A DNA stretch of 60,802 nt, filler included. It is 5 parts of 5 records of this genome, joined end to end, with 100 filler letters (N's around TTAATTAATTAA, not from the genome) between each part and the next. Parts side by side here need not be neighbours in the genome. Positions count along the whole stretch, not along the records: positions 1 to 20,076 come from DRR378314_520; 4 more parts are not named here. One strand, written 5' to 3'. The notes under the pieces are model-generated. The model made no database searches and was not told where the DNA came from. It saw only the letters and a list, made by a program, of their open reading frames with translations. The position numbers were made by a program, and so were the translations under genes. This document shows positions 1 to 13,440 of this stretch, in pieces (position 1 is the stretch's first letter; each line of letters starts with the position of its first letter).

Positions 1-482
1 TCCAGGGGGAAGGCAGCTCGTCGTGAACGCAACAGTACCGCGTATGCCACCGTGCTTGTCGCGCTTTTGGCAAAGCGTGGCAGGCGTGCGTTGGTGGACC
101 CACCACGCACAAGGCTATGGTTGCCAGTCTTTGCGCGACTCGCTGCGCTGCCCGAATACGCGACTGCGCATCTCATCCGATACTTTGGATAATATATATT
201 GCAGTGCATGTCGCAAGAATCCCTCTGTAGCTCTGGGATTTCGCACGAGTGCGTTGTTGGGAAACGAGCACGGTGGATGTCGTCCGCGCTTGCAAGCGCC
301 AATGGCTTTCCACGTATACAGTTCCTCGCGGATTCGGTGTCCCACGTCCCGTTTGCTCCTGCGGTCAGCTCCTTGGCCCCCTCCTTGATGCTCCTGCGGT
401 CAGGGAGTGCAGGTTTTGCTTACAGTTTTCGACAATTCTCACCGCTTCTTCTCTTGTAATGCTCTGAACACTCGCTGTGCAG

Positions 483-1155
483 GTATGGTTGTGTACCGTG
501 TCCGCGTCCGCCGTGGCGGCCGCAAGCGCCCGGTGCACAAGGGCCAGACCATGGGCAAGCCCGTCAACGAGGGTGTGAAGCAGCTCAAGTGGAACCGCAA
601 CCTCCGCTCGCTGGCAGAGGAGCGTGTTGCACGCCGCTGCGGAAACCTGCGCGTGCTCAACTCGTACTGGGTGAACCAGGACGCGACATTCAAGTGGTTT
701 GAGGTCATTCTCGTTGATCCCAGCCACAAGGCTATCCGCCGCGATGCTCGCTTCAACTGGATCTGCGACCCGGTGCACAAGCACCGCGAGGCTCACGGTC
801 TCACGTCCGCCGGAAAGAAGGCCCGCGGTTTCCGCGTCAAGGGCCATGGGTGCGTTTATGACTCGATGGATCTACTAGGCATTCGCACCTGCTCGCGCTG
901 GCGCGCTTTTGTTTTTATTTGCGCGTGCTGGTATCCATGCCAGCCATTGCAAAGGGCACCAGGAGCCTGTGAGGCAGGATACTGCGTGCGTTTCTGCGCT
1001 TGCGAGCATTTGTGGCCGCCGGACATGCGCTTACTTTTGAACTGCGTGCGGTTTCGTGTGTGTCACCTTTGTGCTGCAGAGCGAACAAGAAGCGCCCGAG
1101 CGTGCGCAGCTCCTGGAAGCGCCGCAACAAGGTGTCTCTCCGCCGCTACCGTTAA
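483..1155 (+). CDS. RPL15: 60S ribosomal protein L15 (eL15), 3' exons 483-849 and 1080-1155; 5' exon(s) lie outside the window
   Basis: Translation [21 protein letters not shown]...[12 protein letters not shown]...[18 protein letters not shown]. The GT-AG intron 850-1079 restores the C-terminus [25 protein letters not shown]. Acceptor tgtgcag ends at 482. Confidence 0.97.
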
Positions 1156-2754
1156 GTGTAGCAGCGCCAGGCATCTTGGCGAGACGAGCAAGTGCGTGCT
1201 GGAGCATCCTGGATGCTCTGCTTGCGCCTGCACGTGGTCCGCCGCGATGGGCCTTCGCTTCCTTTTGGAAGGGTGGAATAAACGGTCGGATCGGAATCTG
1301 TGCGCACTTGCTCCGGGTCCTCATCTTCTACACACGTTTCTCGTGTTCGGAATTGGCGCTTTCCTTCGCCACTTTGGAAGGCCGGCGTGTGCTTGAGGGC
1401 CGCCCTTTGCCTTGCTGCACCTCTCACCGCGCCTCGCCTCTGTGCACGAGTGGGGAAAGCATCAGAAGAGCCCCATTCTGGGACGCGCGCATCGCACCAA
1501 GCATAAAAAGTCCCAACCAGCGTCCCTCAGGAATATATCTGAGTGCATACATTACGTCCATGGCACATTTTCATGGAAGCAGCAAATGGCGCGCTATGCG
1601 CTCTGCTTCGCCGCATACTGTTCGGGAGTCCACGTCTTCATTGTAAGTGCGTGAATCTCGCCCATAACACTGCTCAGCGCGTTGTTTACAAGCCTGGAAC
1701 AATTCGCGCGCATGGAAGCAGAGAAATCGCGATATGTGGTGAGTGCAACTCTTTCAATTACACGCAGTAGGAGAACGAAACGAGCACTATTCGCAAAGCA
1801 GGGCGCCGGGCGCCGCCGGAGCTGCCGTGTCGGAGTCAAGGAACCAACGCGTACCTGTGCCGGGCAATGAGGGGCTTCCCTTCGAACGCCGCGCTTACAA
1901 CAATAAGATCAAACTTGGCTCCGCACCCTTCGCTCACATCCTTGACTTCCTAGAAAGTTCTCGAGGAGAGGCGCGCCAAAGTCGACGACGATGCAGAGCA
2001 GCACCGAGGTGAGGAAAGCGCAGAACGGGAAGCGCCCTCCAAGGCACGAACAGCACAGCGGGGCGACTCTCGAGACATGACGAAATCACAGACGCTTACC
2101 TACAAAGAAACGCGGGAATACCGCGCTGTACCGCCTGCAACACTGATGTTGTTACTTTGCAATACTGCTCCCTACGCGTGCAAATAAATGGAAAGCGCTT
2201 AGGGTGGGGGCAATGCGCTGGCACTAGAGTGCACCACACCGTGGTGCGGTCGCTCGGTTCGCTGTGCGTTCACATACCACAAACGTCGGCTGCAAGGCAG
2301 CTTCAACCAGCTCGCGTACGCTGGTGTCTGAGGGCATGTCGAAAGCAATGGTAATCTTTCGTGATTTCGAACGAGATGGATTACTATGATCGAATCTACA
2401 GGGTACCCGTTTCGCGACGAGCCAAACTACACGGCGAAAGAGAAGGGCGGCACGTGCTTCAGCAGAAGTGCGTCGGACAAACGCGGTGCGTCAGCTCAGG
2501 CGCTCACAGCCTGCTATGTCAGCTACGATTAACCCTATCACGTAAACCGTTTGTTTCTCGACCCATCGACCGACTCGTGTGCTTCACGCTGCGCGCTGCG
2601 CCGCCCAGCGGTCCGTCTATCGAATGCCGCCGATCTCGCTTCGCGCGCACAGTGTACGCGACGACGCAGCGCTTCTTTCTCGAGAAGTTGGTTGCAGAGG
2701 AACGTCTTTGGATACGGAATCACAGGGCGTGAGAAGCTTGGGGCTTGCAACGCC

Positions 2755-5700
2755 ATGCAGCGGCAGGTGTCGCGCCTGCGAGGGCTCCCTGTTCTTGTCG
2801 TCGGGTCCGGCATCGGCGGGCTCACAGCAGCACTGGCTCTCCACAGGTGCGCGCGGCTGCACCGAGGCGGTTCAGAACCTTCTGCCAATCGGGAAGATAT
2901 GTTACCCGACAAAAATACTCACATATACATCTGTATTTTGCTCTCCGGATGATAATGGTCTCCACAGAGCGGTGGTACCTTGTGCAAGATGCACGCGCCT
3001 GCTCAACGTGGGCGCTTCCCTCCTCACCGGCACGCTGCGTTGCCGTTCTTGGTGTCTGCGTGCAGAGCCGGTGTACCGGTGCAAGTATGCGAGCGGAAGC
3101 AGCAGCCTATGGGCCGTCGCACCGCCGTGTGCCTCTGGGAAAGTGCGACGACGGTACGTGATATCGAATTCATTCAAAATGCCGAGTGTATAGGCGCAAA
3201 GAATTCTTTTTAGCGCCTCTTAAGCGGTGCGCCGCGCGTGCGCCCGTCGTTGCAGGTGTTCGACAGGCTTGGCGTCGGAGAGAGCGTGCGACTGCTTGGC
3301 GTACCAATCACTCGCGCCGAGGTGCGTGTACGCGCTTGCGGGCCCCCAGGGGTATTTGTACCAATATGCGGGAGGAATGCTGCTATGATGTTCTTTTCCG
3401 CATTTTGAGGACTGTGCTCGTGGGTGCTTGTGAAAGCATTCTGCACAGCACTGGAGTTGCTGGTGTGCTGCTTGCGCTCCCTTCTTCTTGTTTGCGCGTC
3501 GGGTGCTTTGTGATTGGTGTATTTTCTCGATTTCCAACGCTCTCCCCAGTACGGGTTGCACAGCTTACATGCTTGTCAAGCTATGAAATATACCCGAAAT
3601 TCATGGTTTCCGCACGCTTCGTGCAAGGAAGTGAGGTGGCTTCGCGAGCGCAGCCAAGGTGAAGACGGGCTGCTCTGAACGGCATCGGCGTCGCTTGCGT
3701 GTGCGCGCTGCGGGAAATTGCAGGTGTACACTTCTCACGGCGCACCAGTAGGCGCGTTGGACTTCCACAATGCTTCTCGAGGCGAAGTTGCGGAAGTGCT
3801 TTGTGTTCCTCGTCGCGTACGTCTTGACCGCACATATCATATTGCCCGAAGCTTACGCACCATTCGATGACGAGCGATCTCTGCTCCGATGCGGGAGAGG
3901 ATGCTCATTGATGGGCGTTTGCTGTGCACAGACTTGCGTCGTCCGCTGTGTTCCAGCAGAGACTCACGCTTGTACAGCGGAAGTCACGTGCCCTTTCAAT
4001 GTCCACTTGCTTTCTTTCGCCTGATCTAGCTCACGGCGGGACACTGATTCTGATGTTGATTAGTAGCGAGCGAACGAATCGTTGCATGATGCCTCCTTTT
4101 CGTGTCGGCGGGGTTGGAATGCATCGTTGGGCGCGCTTGTGTCTTCGCGTGCAGAACCTGCTGTTCCTTATCAGCAGTCACCTTCCCGCCAGCACTCTCG
4201 TGTACGATGCGAATATGACTCATTACGTTGAGCGCGACGAAAGTGTAACGGTGTACTTTACAAACAGGTATGCTTCGGTTTGGCTGTGACAAATAAAGAC
4301 TGCAGTGCTTGTTGTGTACAAAGGAACGAGATCATTGCGCTTCGCACTTTGTACCTGAGACGGTGTTCATTTGTTGCAAGATGAGCGCGCTACGGTGCAT
4401 TGCGGCAGGCTGGCAGTACTGTTGGCGTGCGTACGCGTTACCCATGGTCGTGCAACGGCAATATTGGTGAGCGCAATGGATTATCTTTCGTCCTTGCTCA
4501 CTCTATGCCTGAGCTTGAGCGTGCGAGAGTGCACTCTCACGCAGCGGTCTGCGTGCTGATCGCGCATGCTGGTGCTTCATGCCAATTTGCCACTGCGATC
4601 AGACCACCGATGGAGTGCGCCGCCGTTGTGGGCGCGGATGGTCTCTACTCGACTGTGCGTCAGCAACTCTGGGGCGCAGAGAGAGCAGGAAATGTTGGGT
4701 ACGACGACCGAGTGCTTCTGTATTTTTATCGACGATGATTGCCCAGGGGAGGGCGGTGGTGTAGTGCCTGTCTTGTCCTCGCGCAATACTTGGATACCGC
4801 GCAGTCGCTTTCATTTTTCGCTCGGACTTGTGGTAGTTCTCCGCCACGAAGCGAACGTTGCACGTGTGCCTGGAACCAAGACAGTGTTCATCTCCGTTGG
4901 TTCGATCCTTATCGGTTCCAATGATTGCGTGCGTATAAAGTTTCTCTACGCGATGATGTGCTGACGCAACTTTCTGTGCGATGCAGACCGCTCCTGTGGC
5001 GGGGAATGTCGCGCGGTGTTGCTGTCGAGCCCGGGACAGCCGTCGAGTACTGGGGCTCAGGTGCGATGGCGCTCTCGATCCGATCCGCTCCCCGTCGCAC
5101 GCTCCACTCCGTGCTGAAGAGATGCCATCATTGCGTATGACGTAGAGTGTGTAGCAGGTATCCTACTACGATACGAGGAAGCGGAATCGCAGCCTCCTAT
5201 TCCGTCTTGCATGCATTGCAGCGGCACTGCAACGAACGGAGAGCTGTGCACTTGGTGCTGCAACGAGTGGCCTTTGTCCGCATTTCGCTCCTCCAGCTTC
5301 AACTTCGTGCAATGTCCTCGTCTACTGGCGTGCTTAATCTTACTGACCGTTTGGGTGTTCTCGATCAAATGGTGGACGTTCCTTGCAGGCCTCCGCTTCG
5401 GCTATATGCCGATTCATCACGACCAAGCTGCGTGGTATGCGGTCGGCTCGAAGCCCGAGGTAAGGGGCGGCGCTTCCGGTGCGCCGCGTGTCCTCTACGA
5501 TCGCAATGGAGCTCGGAGAAGTGCGTCGCAGCGCACTCGAGTGAATGGTGGTGCCAATATGCACACAATCCATCTCACATCCGGACCGCAACCGTTTGAT
5601 TCTGTGTTGTGTAATCAGAGTGCGAATGCAGCGTCTCGGGTGTACAATTTCGAGGCGAACAAGTCGCGCCTTTTGGACGCATTTGCCGAGTTTCCAATCG

Positions 5701-6944
5701 TGGTCCGTTGTTGGGAAGAACAGAGGAAGGCGGTGCTGACTCCTCTTTTCAACCTTTTTGTTTCCACGCGAATACAGTGGCGATGAAGGAATACGCGTCG
5801 TGGTCTTCCATTCTACGCACAGTGATCTCTGCTCCGCAACTCGCGTGTGCATACGCGAACCTGGTTGAGCAGTGATTTGACGATTCTCTCCTCCCTGCGG
5901 AAAAATCGAGCTCTCCATGGGCAAAATAGGAGACGTGGCGCTTGTCATATTCTTCCAACGCGCTAGCGAGGCTCGTGGTTTGCGCTCACAGTATCGCTGG
6001 CGTGCATTGTCGCATGTACTCCCTGTGCAGGTGCGCGAGATGATCGATGCAACGCCTTCCAATGGGGTGATTCCCGTTCCGTCCACCGCCGTTCGGCGCC
6101 TCGAAGAGTGGGGCCGCGGCCACGTGACGCTGCTTGGCGATGCTGCGCATCCGCCCACGAACAATCTCCGCGTTGTACGTGCTGGCGTGCACATCTATAC
6201 AAGCGAAAGTGTACACAGGCGCTATTCTTTGATGTGATTTGACAGATTCCTCGCGGGCCTGCGTGGGCTTGTTGCTAGGGTTTCTCTGCGGGTCCGAGAC
6301 CGGGGATTGCCCGTTCCATTCACGCCCGGGGTATTCTCTGTTTTCGATGCTCTTTACCGTCTGTGTCCCACCGAGTCATGCTGGATTAAGTGCTTCTTTG
6401 GTATTGCCGGAATAGAATTATGAAGAGTGTTGATGAAGCAGATTCTGTATGCGTGCCACATGGAGCGTGGAATTACCCTGCGAAACTCGGTTCGCGCGAG
6501 CACTTCTCGGTCTTGTCGCCTGTCAGCGGTGCCATTTCGCAGCACCGAGAGCATTTCCTATCTTTTCACTTTTTCAACTACCACGGGAAGCCGTTACTAT
6601 GCTATCTATGTTGAGAGATGTCGCGGTAGATGGTGAAGATATGTGAAAGTAGCGATGGGGTGGCTGCCAACTGGTGCTCGCGCCAGGCACGATTGTGCTT
6701 ATCGCTTCAGAGGCAGAATTCGCGAGACGCGAACATGGTTTGCGGCATCGGAAAGCGCTACAATGAGACGCTCTGAATCATCGAATTTCTCTTCCTCCCT
6801 CTCTACCCTTCTCCCTTTTTCTCTGTTGGGAATGCAGGGACCGACGCTTGCGGTGGAGGACGCGTTTGTGCTCGCGCAAAGCGTCGCGGGTCTCGACGGC
6901 GATGTTGCACAGAGCCTCCAGATCTACGAAAGGCTGCGCGTCTC
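2755..6944 (+). CDS. Multi-exon FAD-dependent monooxygenase (group A, zeaxanthin epoxidase/salicylate hydroxylase-like); 3' end unresolved, possibly extending to about 7720
   Basis: Short GT-AG-flanked exons carry, in order, VLVVGSGIGGLTAALAL (GxGxxG; exon 2755-2846), VVGADGLYSTVR (DG motif, about 4602-4698), WGRGHVTLLGDAAHP (GD motif; exon 6031-6174) and GPTLAVEDAFVLA...LQIYERLR (exon 6838-6944). Confidence 0.85.
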
Positions 6945-8052
6945 GTACGTTGGTACAGCTGTGCAGCTGCGCGCAGCACTTTGTGAAAGTATGCGATTGT
7001 AGCCGTATGCTTAGGGAGCGTGCTGCTGCAATTGTGGCTTCGTTGTGCCCTGCGTGGGAGTCTGCGACCGCGATACACGGCGGGTATGTGCTGCGAGACT
7101 GCGACGGCGTTTTTGACCGGCGCACGAGGCGCGTTCCTGCCGTTGTGGCGCTCCTTGATCTCGCACTGTCGCGCGGAATGATGTGAGAAAAAGCGAGCCC
7201 GCGTTAGAGTGGAAATGACGCAATTTCTTCATCGCTGCATGTCGTGGGGTTCTGCTTGTATGTCCGTAGCCGGAGCGATGAAGTCGTGCGCGCGTCCGAT
7301 GTGGTCGGGCGCGTGGCACAGTGGAACGGCCCCGTCGGACGCTGGGCGCGCGCGCGGATGCTCACGCCGGGAACCTCGGTGCGCTCTTTATTGCTCAATT
7401 CCTATCTGTGTACTCCTTTTCCTCCTGTCTGCTGCTGATCGCCTTGGTGGACTTTGCGTTGCTCCCGCCCTTTCTCTATACTTCCTCCTTCCCTCTCTGC
7501 CGCTGATCATGGCGGTAAATGCATTCCCATTCACATCATCCCCTCTCACTGCATAAAACACCAAATTTTGCTATGTTACTCGTCTCTCCTATGCTATGTC
7601 GTGGCATAGGTTCTCTGGATTGCCTTGGCGGCGTTTTGGGAGCCTGGGCGTTTCTCGCGCAGCGGGAGCTCGTTCCCCGCGACGACCAGCACCGCAACAA
7701 GCGAGAGCTGCAGCATAGTGTGAGGCGCCGCGCACGCATCGTGCCCACCTTGTTGTGGCTTTCGCACGAGGTATCTTCTCGATTCGTTAGCAACCGCATT
7801 AACAGGGAGACCGGGCGCTCCCGTGGCATCTTGCGCGATGTTGCAGAGAGTGAACCGCCTCCTACGCTCTCTGGTGTTCGACCCCGGCGACCTGCTGCCG
7901 ATGTCTGGCTAAAAGGGCGATTGCGGCGCAGAAAACGACACGTGACATTCGCGCCGCGACGGTGCGAGCGCAGACACATCTCCACAAAGCGTCCTGCAGT
8001 AAGTAGATACGCTTGTATTGTAACATATTCCCGGGAGGGGGGGGCGCTGTTT

Positions 8053-11000
8053 CTATTTAGGGGCACGGGCGAAGTACCTCTCGATGCGTGCGCCGCTCGC
8101 GGGCCGCGCGCGTTTCCTCGGGCCCCGCGCGTCCGTGGCGGGTCGGCCCAGGCTCGGAGCGCGAGCTGCATTGAGCTTACGATCCAGCTCCGCGGCTATA
8201 TGATGATCAGCGTGTTCTTGGTACAGCGGTGTTGGAACCTGCGCACCGCATGTGGTACAGGTAATAAACATGCATGGGGTCAATCTGGCAGGAGCAGCGG
8301 GTCGTCCTGCGCCGTCCAGCGCGGCGCTGCCCTGCGACTCTGGGCGCAGACGATGACCCCGAGGAGAAGGCTCGCGCCTGCTAGCACTGCCTTGGGAGAT
8401 GTCATCGAGCTGCGAGGCCGTCGGGTTCGTGTGTGACGCGCTCCGCACACGACACAGCTCGTCGCGATGCGCGTCCGCCCTCGATGCCGAGGAAGGCGGA
8501 CGCGCGCGTCGCAGCTCATGCCCACCGCCGCCCGTGCTGTCCGAAGCACCATCTTTACCGCGGCCGCCATCGTCCTCCGGACAAGGACGGGATGGGGCTG
8601 CAGCAAACGCTGCTTCTATACCTCCGAAGTCACGAAAATTCGTGAGACCGACACCGAGAAGGTTGAGCTCGCGCGGCAGCGGCGTTCCCGGGGAAGGGAG
8701 GGCGGGCAGGCCAAGCGCACGCGCGAGCGCTGCCTCGCTCCGGCGGAGAATCCCTCGCCGCACGACGGAAGCGCGCGCCTTTGGGTGTATATCGCGACCT
8801 ATGCAGAAGCAAGAACACCGTCAATACATCAAACAATAAGATACGGATATAAGGGACATATCACTGTACACGCACGGGCTGCAACTTGGGCCCAGCTGCG
8901 CGCGCGGCGGTGAGGATCATCCTGCCACGCGCGAGCGAGGTCTGGAGGACGTACCGCGCAGCGGCTCCGTCACACAGTGGCTCTTGAACCCTTCCCCAGC
9001 ACATCGATACTTGAAGGTAAACGTTGCTGGATACGCACCAGAGTATCCACTTCAGTAGGTAAGCACACAGTCTACCGCCTGCGTATACGTAGTATCTGCC
9101 TGCGTATCTCGCCAGAGGTTCCTACTAGCAGAGCTCTTGAGCCTGCAGGAGAGATGCGACAAGCCGCGAGCGACATGCGCGATTCAAATCGCATCCGTGA
9201 TACCTACGCAAACGAGGTTGCTCAAACATTCCGCATTTCTCTCGGCAGCGTGTACAAATCCAGCTAAAGATCAGAGCCCTTGGGCTGCCTTGCAACAACG
9301 TGGGCATCGAAAGAATACCGCATTGGGGTCCCGCTTCGACGTTGCTAGCAAAGCTGCTCACAAGCTCTGAAGTCCTTGCCCGCGCACCTGGCACGCGCTG
9401 TCCCATCTCACCGCGCGTCACTATGCGGTCACTCATAACCTCCGCCAAGCGGCGCAGCACCTCGCGCGCATGGCCAGATGATGCGTTTGGCAGGAATGAG
9501 TCCTCGGTCGTGAGAACTTTGGACGCCCCGGAATCGCGCACAGGCGCGTTGTCGACCCCGTTTGCTACGTCGAGAACGAGGACAGTCTTTTCTTCGCCAA
9601 TCGCCTCTACCAGCTCCTCGCGCATCATGGCGCGCACATCTGCCGCAGTAGCGACTCCCAGAGCAACGAGCGCTTTGCCAGCTCGGCGCCCCAGACCCGG
9701 GAGCTTCCGCACGGGAATTGTCCTTACGCGAGCGTCGACGCCGGCGATCCAGAGCGCGGTCTGGCCGTTCGGTTTCCGAATGCCCGACGCGATCTTCGCG
9801 AGCATCTTGCTGTAAGACACACCTGGGCGCGATAAAAGAATCGAACCATGCCATACGCAAGCGTACGTAAGTGGCAAGGAACGAGTAGCATGTGCGTATG
9901 GCTTGCGGGTGACGCTGACAGCAGTACTCTCTCTTCATTCCTCTGTGAGAATCAGCGCGAGGCAGCGCTTGACGTCTGACGTAGCAGCGAAGCGAATGAA
10001 AAAAAGAGTGACACAAAAGAGGACCGCAGCTTGCTGATGTCGTAACGTAGACGAGAGCATGTCTTGCGTTCTTTTCAAATGCGATATATTCTTGTGTACA
10101 GGGAAAATGAAGCTGCAACTAGGAGTTCACGGACAAATCGACAGCGGAGCCGGATTCGCACCTGCTGAGCACGTCAGCCCGGTATCGTGGAAAATCGTAT
10201 CACGGATGCGCTTTGCAAGCGCATCACCAGCAGCGAGAAGCGCAACATCTCGTCTACAAGAACATCAGCGGCACATGTAGCACATTGTCAACAGGCGGCA
10301 AAAACGAGGGATACCCAGAGATTAACGAGAGTGCGCGCACGCGCGTCTCGCGCGCCACAGGCGTACCGTGACGCATCGCAGGCGCGCAGCGGCGGATCGA
10401 AATTGCGCAGCGCAGCGGCAATCACATCCTCAGACGAGGAGCTGCTGGGCACACGCGCGACTTCCGCAGTAACATCCAGAAAGAACTCATCGAACACAAG
10501 CTTTTGCACCGGAGAGAGCGTACAGCTTCGAATGCTCTGCATTACAGCGGCGTTGGCTTCGCGAAACGGCCGCAGGTCCGAGCCGTCGACGAGGACCAGT
10601 TCCGGGCAAGCTGCACAATCGCCAGTCAGAGGAGCAAACGAAATCAGCAAAGAGTCTTATATAGACGTAATGAAGCATTCATGAAGGAAGCGCAGCGTCT
10701 TGGCCGCGCAGGCCAGCGCGTGGGTCGTGCGAACTGCTACAGGTGACGCGAAGGCAAACCGCTGCGCGAGGCGAGCGAACGTGGAGGCGACACGGTTCCG
10801 TCGCTGCACAAACCGTCGCGGGGCGCTTACGCGACATAAACGCACCTTTGCATGCGTCCGTGATCCGCTGTAGCTTGGTCACACCGAGGGCGCGCGCTGG
10901 GTAGTTGCACGTGACGACGATGTACTTCTGCACGGCCGAACCGCAATTGGAAGCCAAGGCCTGGCAAGTGAGCCTCCCAGAGGAGCAGCGCGGTTCCTCC

Positions 11001-11567
11001 ACAGAACAAAATGCCGAGGTGGCGCTGAAATGACATGGGAAGGGAAAAAGCAAACGCGAGAGCGTAGTTCCACGAGGATCTTCAAACAACACAACGCAAG
11101 TGCGAGTCCATCGACAAGCGGTGTTAGCGACGCGCCGGTATTGGCCGCGGCCCGCCGAATACGTAGGAGACAGTCACCAGGGAGGGTTCGCAGCGCGGTC
11201 AGCTCTGCGCCGCGCACCTGCTTGATCGCGACTGGGATCGTCGGGTCGAGGCCGAGGTCGCGAATTTTGACCTGTGAAGAAAGTAACCCGGAATTGAACG
11301 AATAGGAGCTTGCGTGAACTGCTACGGCGAACAGATCGCAACTCGCGTTTGGTGCGGTGAGAGCGGCGACGCGCCAAGTGCGGTGGTGCACAAGCAGGGC
11401 GGCGCGCACGCGCGCAAGCTCCACACGGCGGCGATCAGCGCGGTGTTGCACTGCTGTGACATTCCTCGACATTTCCCACTTACTTGGCAGTAGAAGTAGT
11501 CCATATCAATATGAATGCATACACGCGAGGTGTTGATGTGCGGATGCGATTCGGGAATCTCCTCGTC
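8053..11567 (-). CDS. POLI: Y-family translesion DNA polymerase, Pol iota-like, multi-exon; start exon not resolved
   Basis: Spliced motifs in order: RVCIHIDMDYFYCQ (exon 11484-11567), VKIRDLGLDPTIPVAIKQ (11218-11271), KYIVVTCNYPARALGVTKL, CPELVLVDGSDLRPFRE...QKLVFDEFFLDVT, GLTCSAG/VSYSKMLAKIASGIRKPNGQT, HhH motif VRKLPGLG, little-finger end LNLLGVGLTNF. The QKYIVVTCNY and ELVLVDGSDL segments are iota-type. Confidence 0.88.
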
Positions 11568-13440
11568 CTGCGGTGCAGCGGACGGCGGCAGACATGCAAT
11601 CTCTGTGAGCGCAACATGCAAGGAGCCGAGCCACCAGCCGCGTCCGCGAGACGTCCGCGCCCGGCATGAAGGAGGCGCACGAGTCAACCTTACGGTGCGT
11701 CTCTCTCCTACGCAATACTGAGCATGCTTCGAAGTACAAGTATTTGGTAATGCAGGCACATTCCACAGTACGAGAAAAAAAAGGGCATCGCATACCTCGG
11801 AGGGAGGCGCCAGTAGCCCGCTTGAACTCGGTTCTCGTCGGACAGCTGCATGTGGTTCGGACATGCCGCATGTGCAGCGCTCGCACGGCAGTATCCGGTC
11901 CAACAATACTTCCAGAGGCGGACTTTAGCAGGTGTGCACAACAACTCTGTTATTCATATAGATGCACTTCACTTTGTAAAGCATCATGTACGTCGCGGGC
12001 GCCACCTTTGTCGGTTCAGCAAGAACGGCACACGCGAGGCTGCGCGGCGTGCCGGCTTTGCACTGCAGCAATGTTATCTATGCCCAAATTTTACAGTCCC
12101 ACAGGAATACCTCGGCGACCACTGGGCCAGGCACTCGGCCACAACGCAGGATCCCCAGGAAGGGGCCGGAAACGAGCCGTGCTCCTCGCAGTGTAGCTAT
12201 GAGAGAAGAAAGTAAAGAGGAAGAAAACTGCCGCAATGGAAGGCTACATTGCAAGCAGGACGAACACCTCCGCAGTCACAGGGTTTCCGCGTGAGCGCTA
12301 GTCGTTGCACGTCCGCGCTTGTGCGCTGGGGTTCTGTTCGCAGCAAGGCGGAGGCTGGAATGCGTGCAATGTATCATAGAAGACCGTTTTTGACGCTATA
12401 GTATTTGGAAGACTTCCTGTGGGTTTCGTGCGTGCGTCCACGTGAAGCAGAATCCACGAGAGAAGTGCGAGAGGAACATATACGACGCGCACCAGCGCAG
12501 GCCGGGACCTTTGTGGCGGGAACGACTAGAAATGCTATCGTGCTGCCTCGTAGATCAACCTCGCAATTCCAATGATCACCTTGCACGTGGGTAAGGAGAG
12601 GTTTCCATATGCACATAGATTCTCTACGCTACATGTACCTCAACGTTGTGTATCGGAGGATCGTCTGTGCGAGTGCGTGGCAATGAAGTATGCGCGATGC
12701 CATTTCGATCCGAGGGTCTATCACAGGCGTGCGCTTTTTCGCACACGCGCGCTAGCGGCAGCAAGGGCTTAGCCGATGTGGGCGCACTTCCCGCAGGTCC
12801 TACCCTGGCTCGCCCTTCTGTGCTGCGCTGCCACCTCTTCCAGGTTGAGAACATTTATTGGAGAGCCAGTGCGCAGCGTGGTTCAGCTGTCCGGGGAGCG
12901 GAAGCTACGCGCCGAGCACAACAAAGAAGCACTACTGCTTCCACCGCTTAGTCGTCTGCGCAGAGGCGGTTGGCATTTATTCCACTGTTTTACTTTCCGC
13001 AAAATTTACGTAAGTCTAATATCGTACATTATACTGCACATGATTGTGCGTCTGGAGAGCTGCGAAAGCGCAAGTTCTCTGCGACACTGCTTGGCAAAGC
13101 GATAAGTGGACGTGCCGTGGTGTCGAATCTTCTCCGGGGAGCGCGCAGGTATACCCCATAGGATATTGACGAAAGTCCTGCCCTTTTGTGGTCCAGTGCT
13201 TTGGATTTTGTTTGCTCGGATAAATCAAATATACGACTAGGACTAGCAAAAGGTACAGGCGCGCTAGGCTGTCCGAGACACGGCGAAGTAAGGTCAGGAT
13301 CGGGGTTTGACTCCTGAAACAACGTAAGAGGTGCCCCTCGCCGCCGCGCAAGGCCACTTGTTTTTCGTGCGCGCGTGAAAGTCACGGGTTCTTCGAAAGC
13401 TTGCAGCCCGGATCTCTTCGCGATATCCAAGTGTTGAAAT

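Noticed and set aside
850..1079. Intronic snoRNA in RPL15
   Set aside because: No convincing C/D box pair or H/ACA structure is visible by eye. An Infernal/Rfam search would be needed.
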